DNA of 64,000 nucleotides. It comes from an uncultured bacterium. Its GTDB lineage: Bacteria; Methylomirabilota; Methylomirabilia; Methylomirabilales; 2-02-FULL-66-22. The notes below the pieces were generated by a model, which was not told the origin of the DNA, searched no databases, and worked only from the letters and a program-made list of their open reading frames with translations. The first letter of the stretch is position 1; each line of letters opens with the position of its first letter. The stretch is taken from positions 1,088-65,087 of the forward strand of contig CAZNWB010000006.1 of the NCBI GenBank assembly GCA_964576535.1, read 5' to 3'. Of the stretch, positions 63,749 through 64,000 are shown piece by piece. The position numbers and the translations under genes were made by a program.

Positions 63749-63888
63749 CCGCCAAGACACCAAGAACACCAAGAAAGCCCAACTATTCTTCAAAGATGAG
63801 GGACCCGTGCAGAAGTGAAGAGGGGCTTCGATCTCCGAGAGGCATCGAGGAGTTGCTGAAGGTTGGTGAACCTTGGTGTCTTGGTGCC
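63749..63888. repeat. stutter palindrome (word CACCAAG/CTTGGTG)
   Basis: left arm 63749-63778 (CCGCCAAG, ACACCAAG, AACACCAAG); right arm 63861-63888 (GGTTGGTG, AACCTTGGTG, TCTTGGTG); 82-nt spacer; 29 nt after the stop. Confidence 0.85.
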
Positions 63889-64000
63889 TGCGAGGAAAAT
63901 CCCTGACGCGGTGTATCGTGGGGAGGGCCCTTGTGGCCCTCCGCCTTCGGAGGGCGGGTACCCGCACGAAGTGTGGGTGCAGCCCCCTCCCTACCGGCAT

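Noticed and set aside
5391-63803. Recurrence of ATGAGGGA/TCCCTCAT (5391-5398, 63796-63803, and three times in 24507-24543) as a conserved spacer motif
   Set aside because: An 8-mer is expected about twice by chance on both strands of 64 kb, and three of the hits are one tandem repeat. The evidence is insufficient.
3322-63888. CRISPR array interpretation of the short repeats
   Set aside because: Units are only 6-14 nt, directly abutting with no unique spacers of 25-40 nt. Arms are inverted copies of each other, and no cas genes are present.

Overview
64-kb high-GC bacterial chromosomal window (taxon not assignable from sequence alone). I count about 55 credible protein genes and one tRNA-Val(CAC). 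I saw no rRNA, CRISPR array, integrase or transposase.

Left third (1-26 kb), signalling and housekeeping:
- a receiver protein plus two PilZ proteins, uvrC, two RidA-family genes
- an orphan GAF-GspE/PilB-type ATPase, an S11 DD-carboxypeptidase, a cis-prenyltransferase
- a MacAB-like efflux set (HlyD adaptor, ABC ATPase, two FtsX permeases)
- a Zn-ADH + SDR + aldehyde:ferredoxin oxidoreductase cluster, purN, iolB, ferritin

Middle (26-37 kb):
- a long transketolase-like protein
- a hybrid histidine kinase translationally coupled to a REC-GAF-degenerate-GGDEF protein
- a PIG-L deacetylase and a TumE(DUF6516)-like/wHTH toxin-antitoxin-like pair
- several decayed gene fragments

Right 26 kb: a LacI-associated carbohydrate/cyclitol island.
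- three ABC importers (four solute-binding proteins)
- three inositol-monophosphatase-family genes and two Gfo/Idh/MocA dehydrogenases
- a DegT-type aminotransferase, an MDR dehydrogenase, a xylose-isomerase-like TIM-barrel protein and a creatininase-family hydrolase

The most unusual signal is non-coding. Almost every spacer that follows a stop codon carries a 'stutter palindrome': an arm of tandem degenerate 6-10-nt words, then an arm of the reverse-complement words. Each locus has its own word, but words recur between distant loci. One such element appears to be translated as the C-terminal tail of the LacI repressor.

Many long ORFs in the track run antisense to well-supported genes. They are treated as high-GC shadow ORFs. 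All family calls come from motifs read by eye; no database search was possible.
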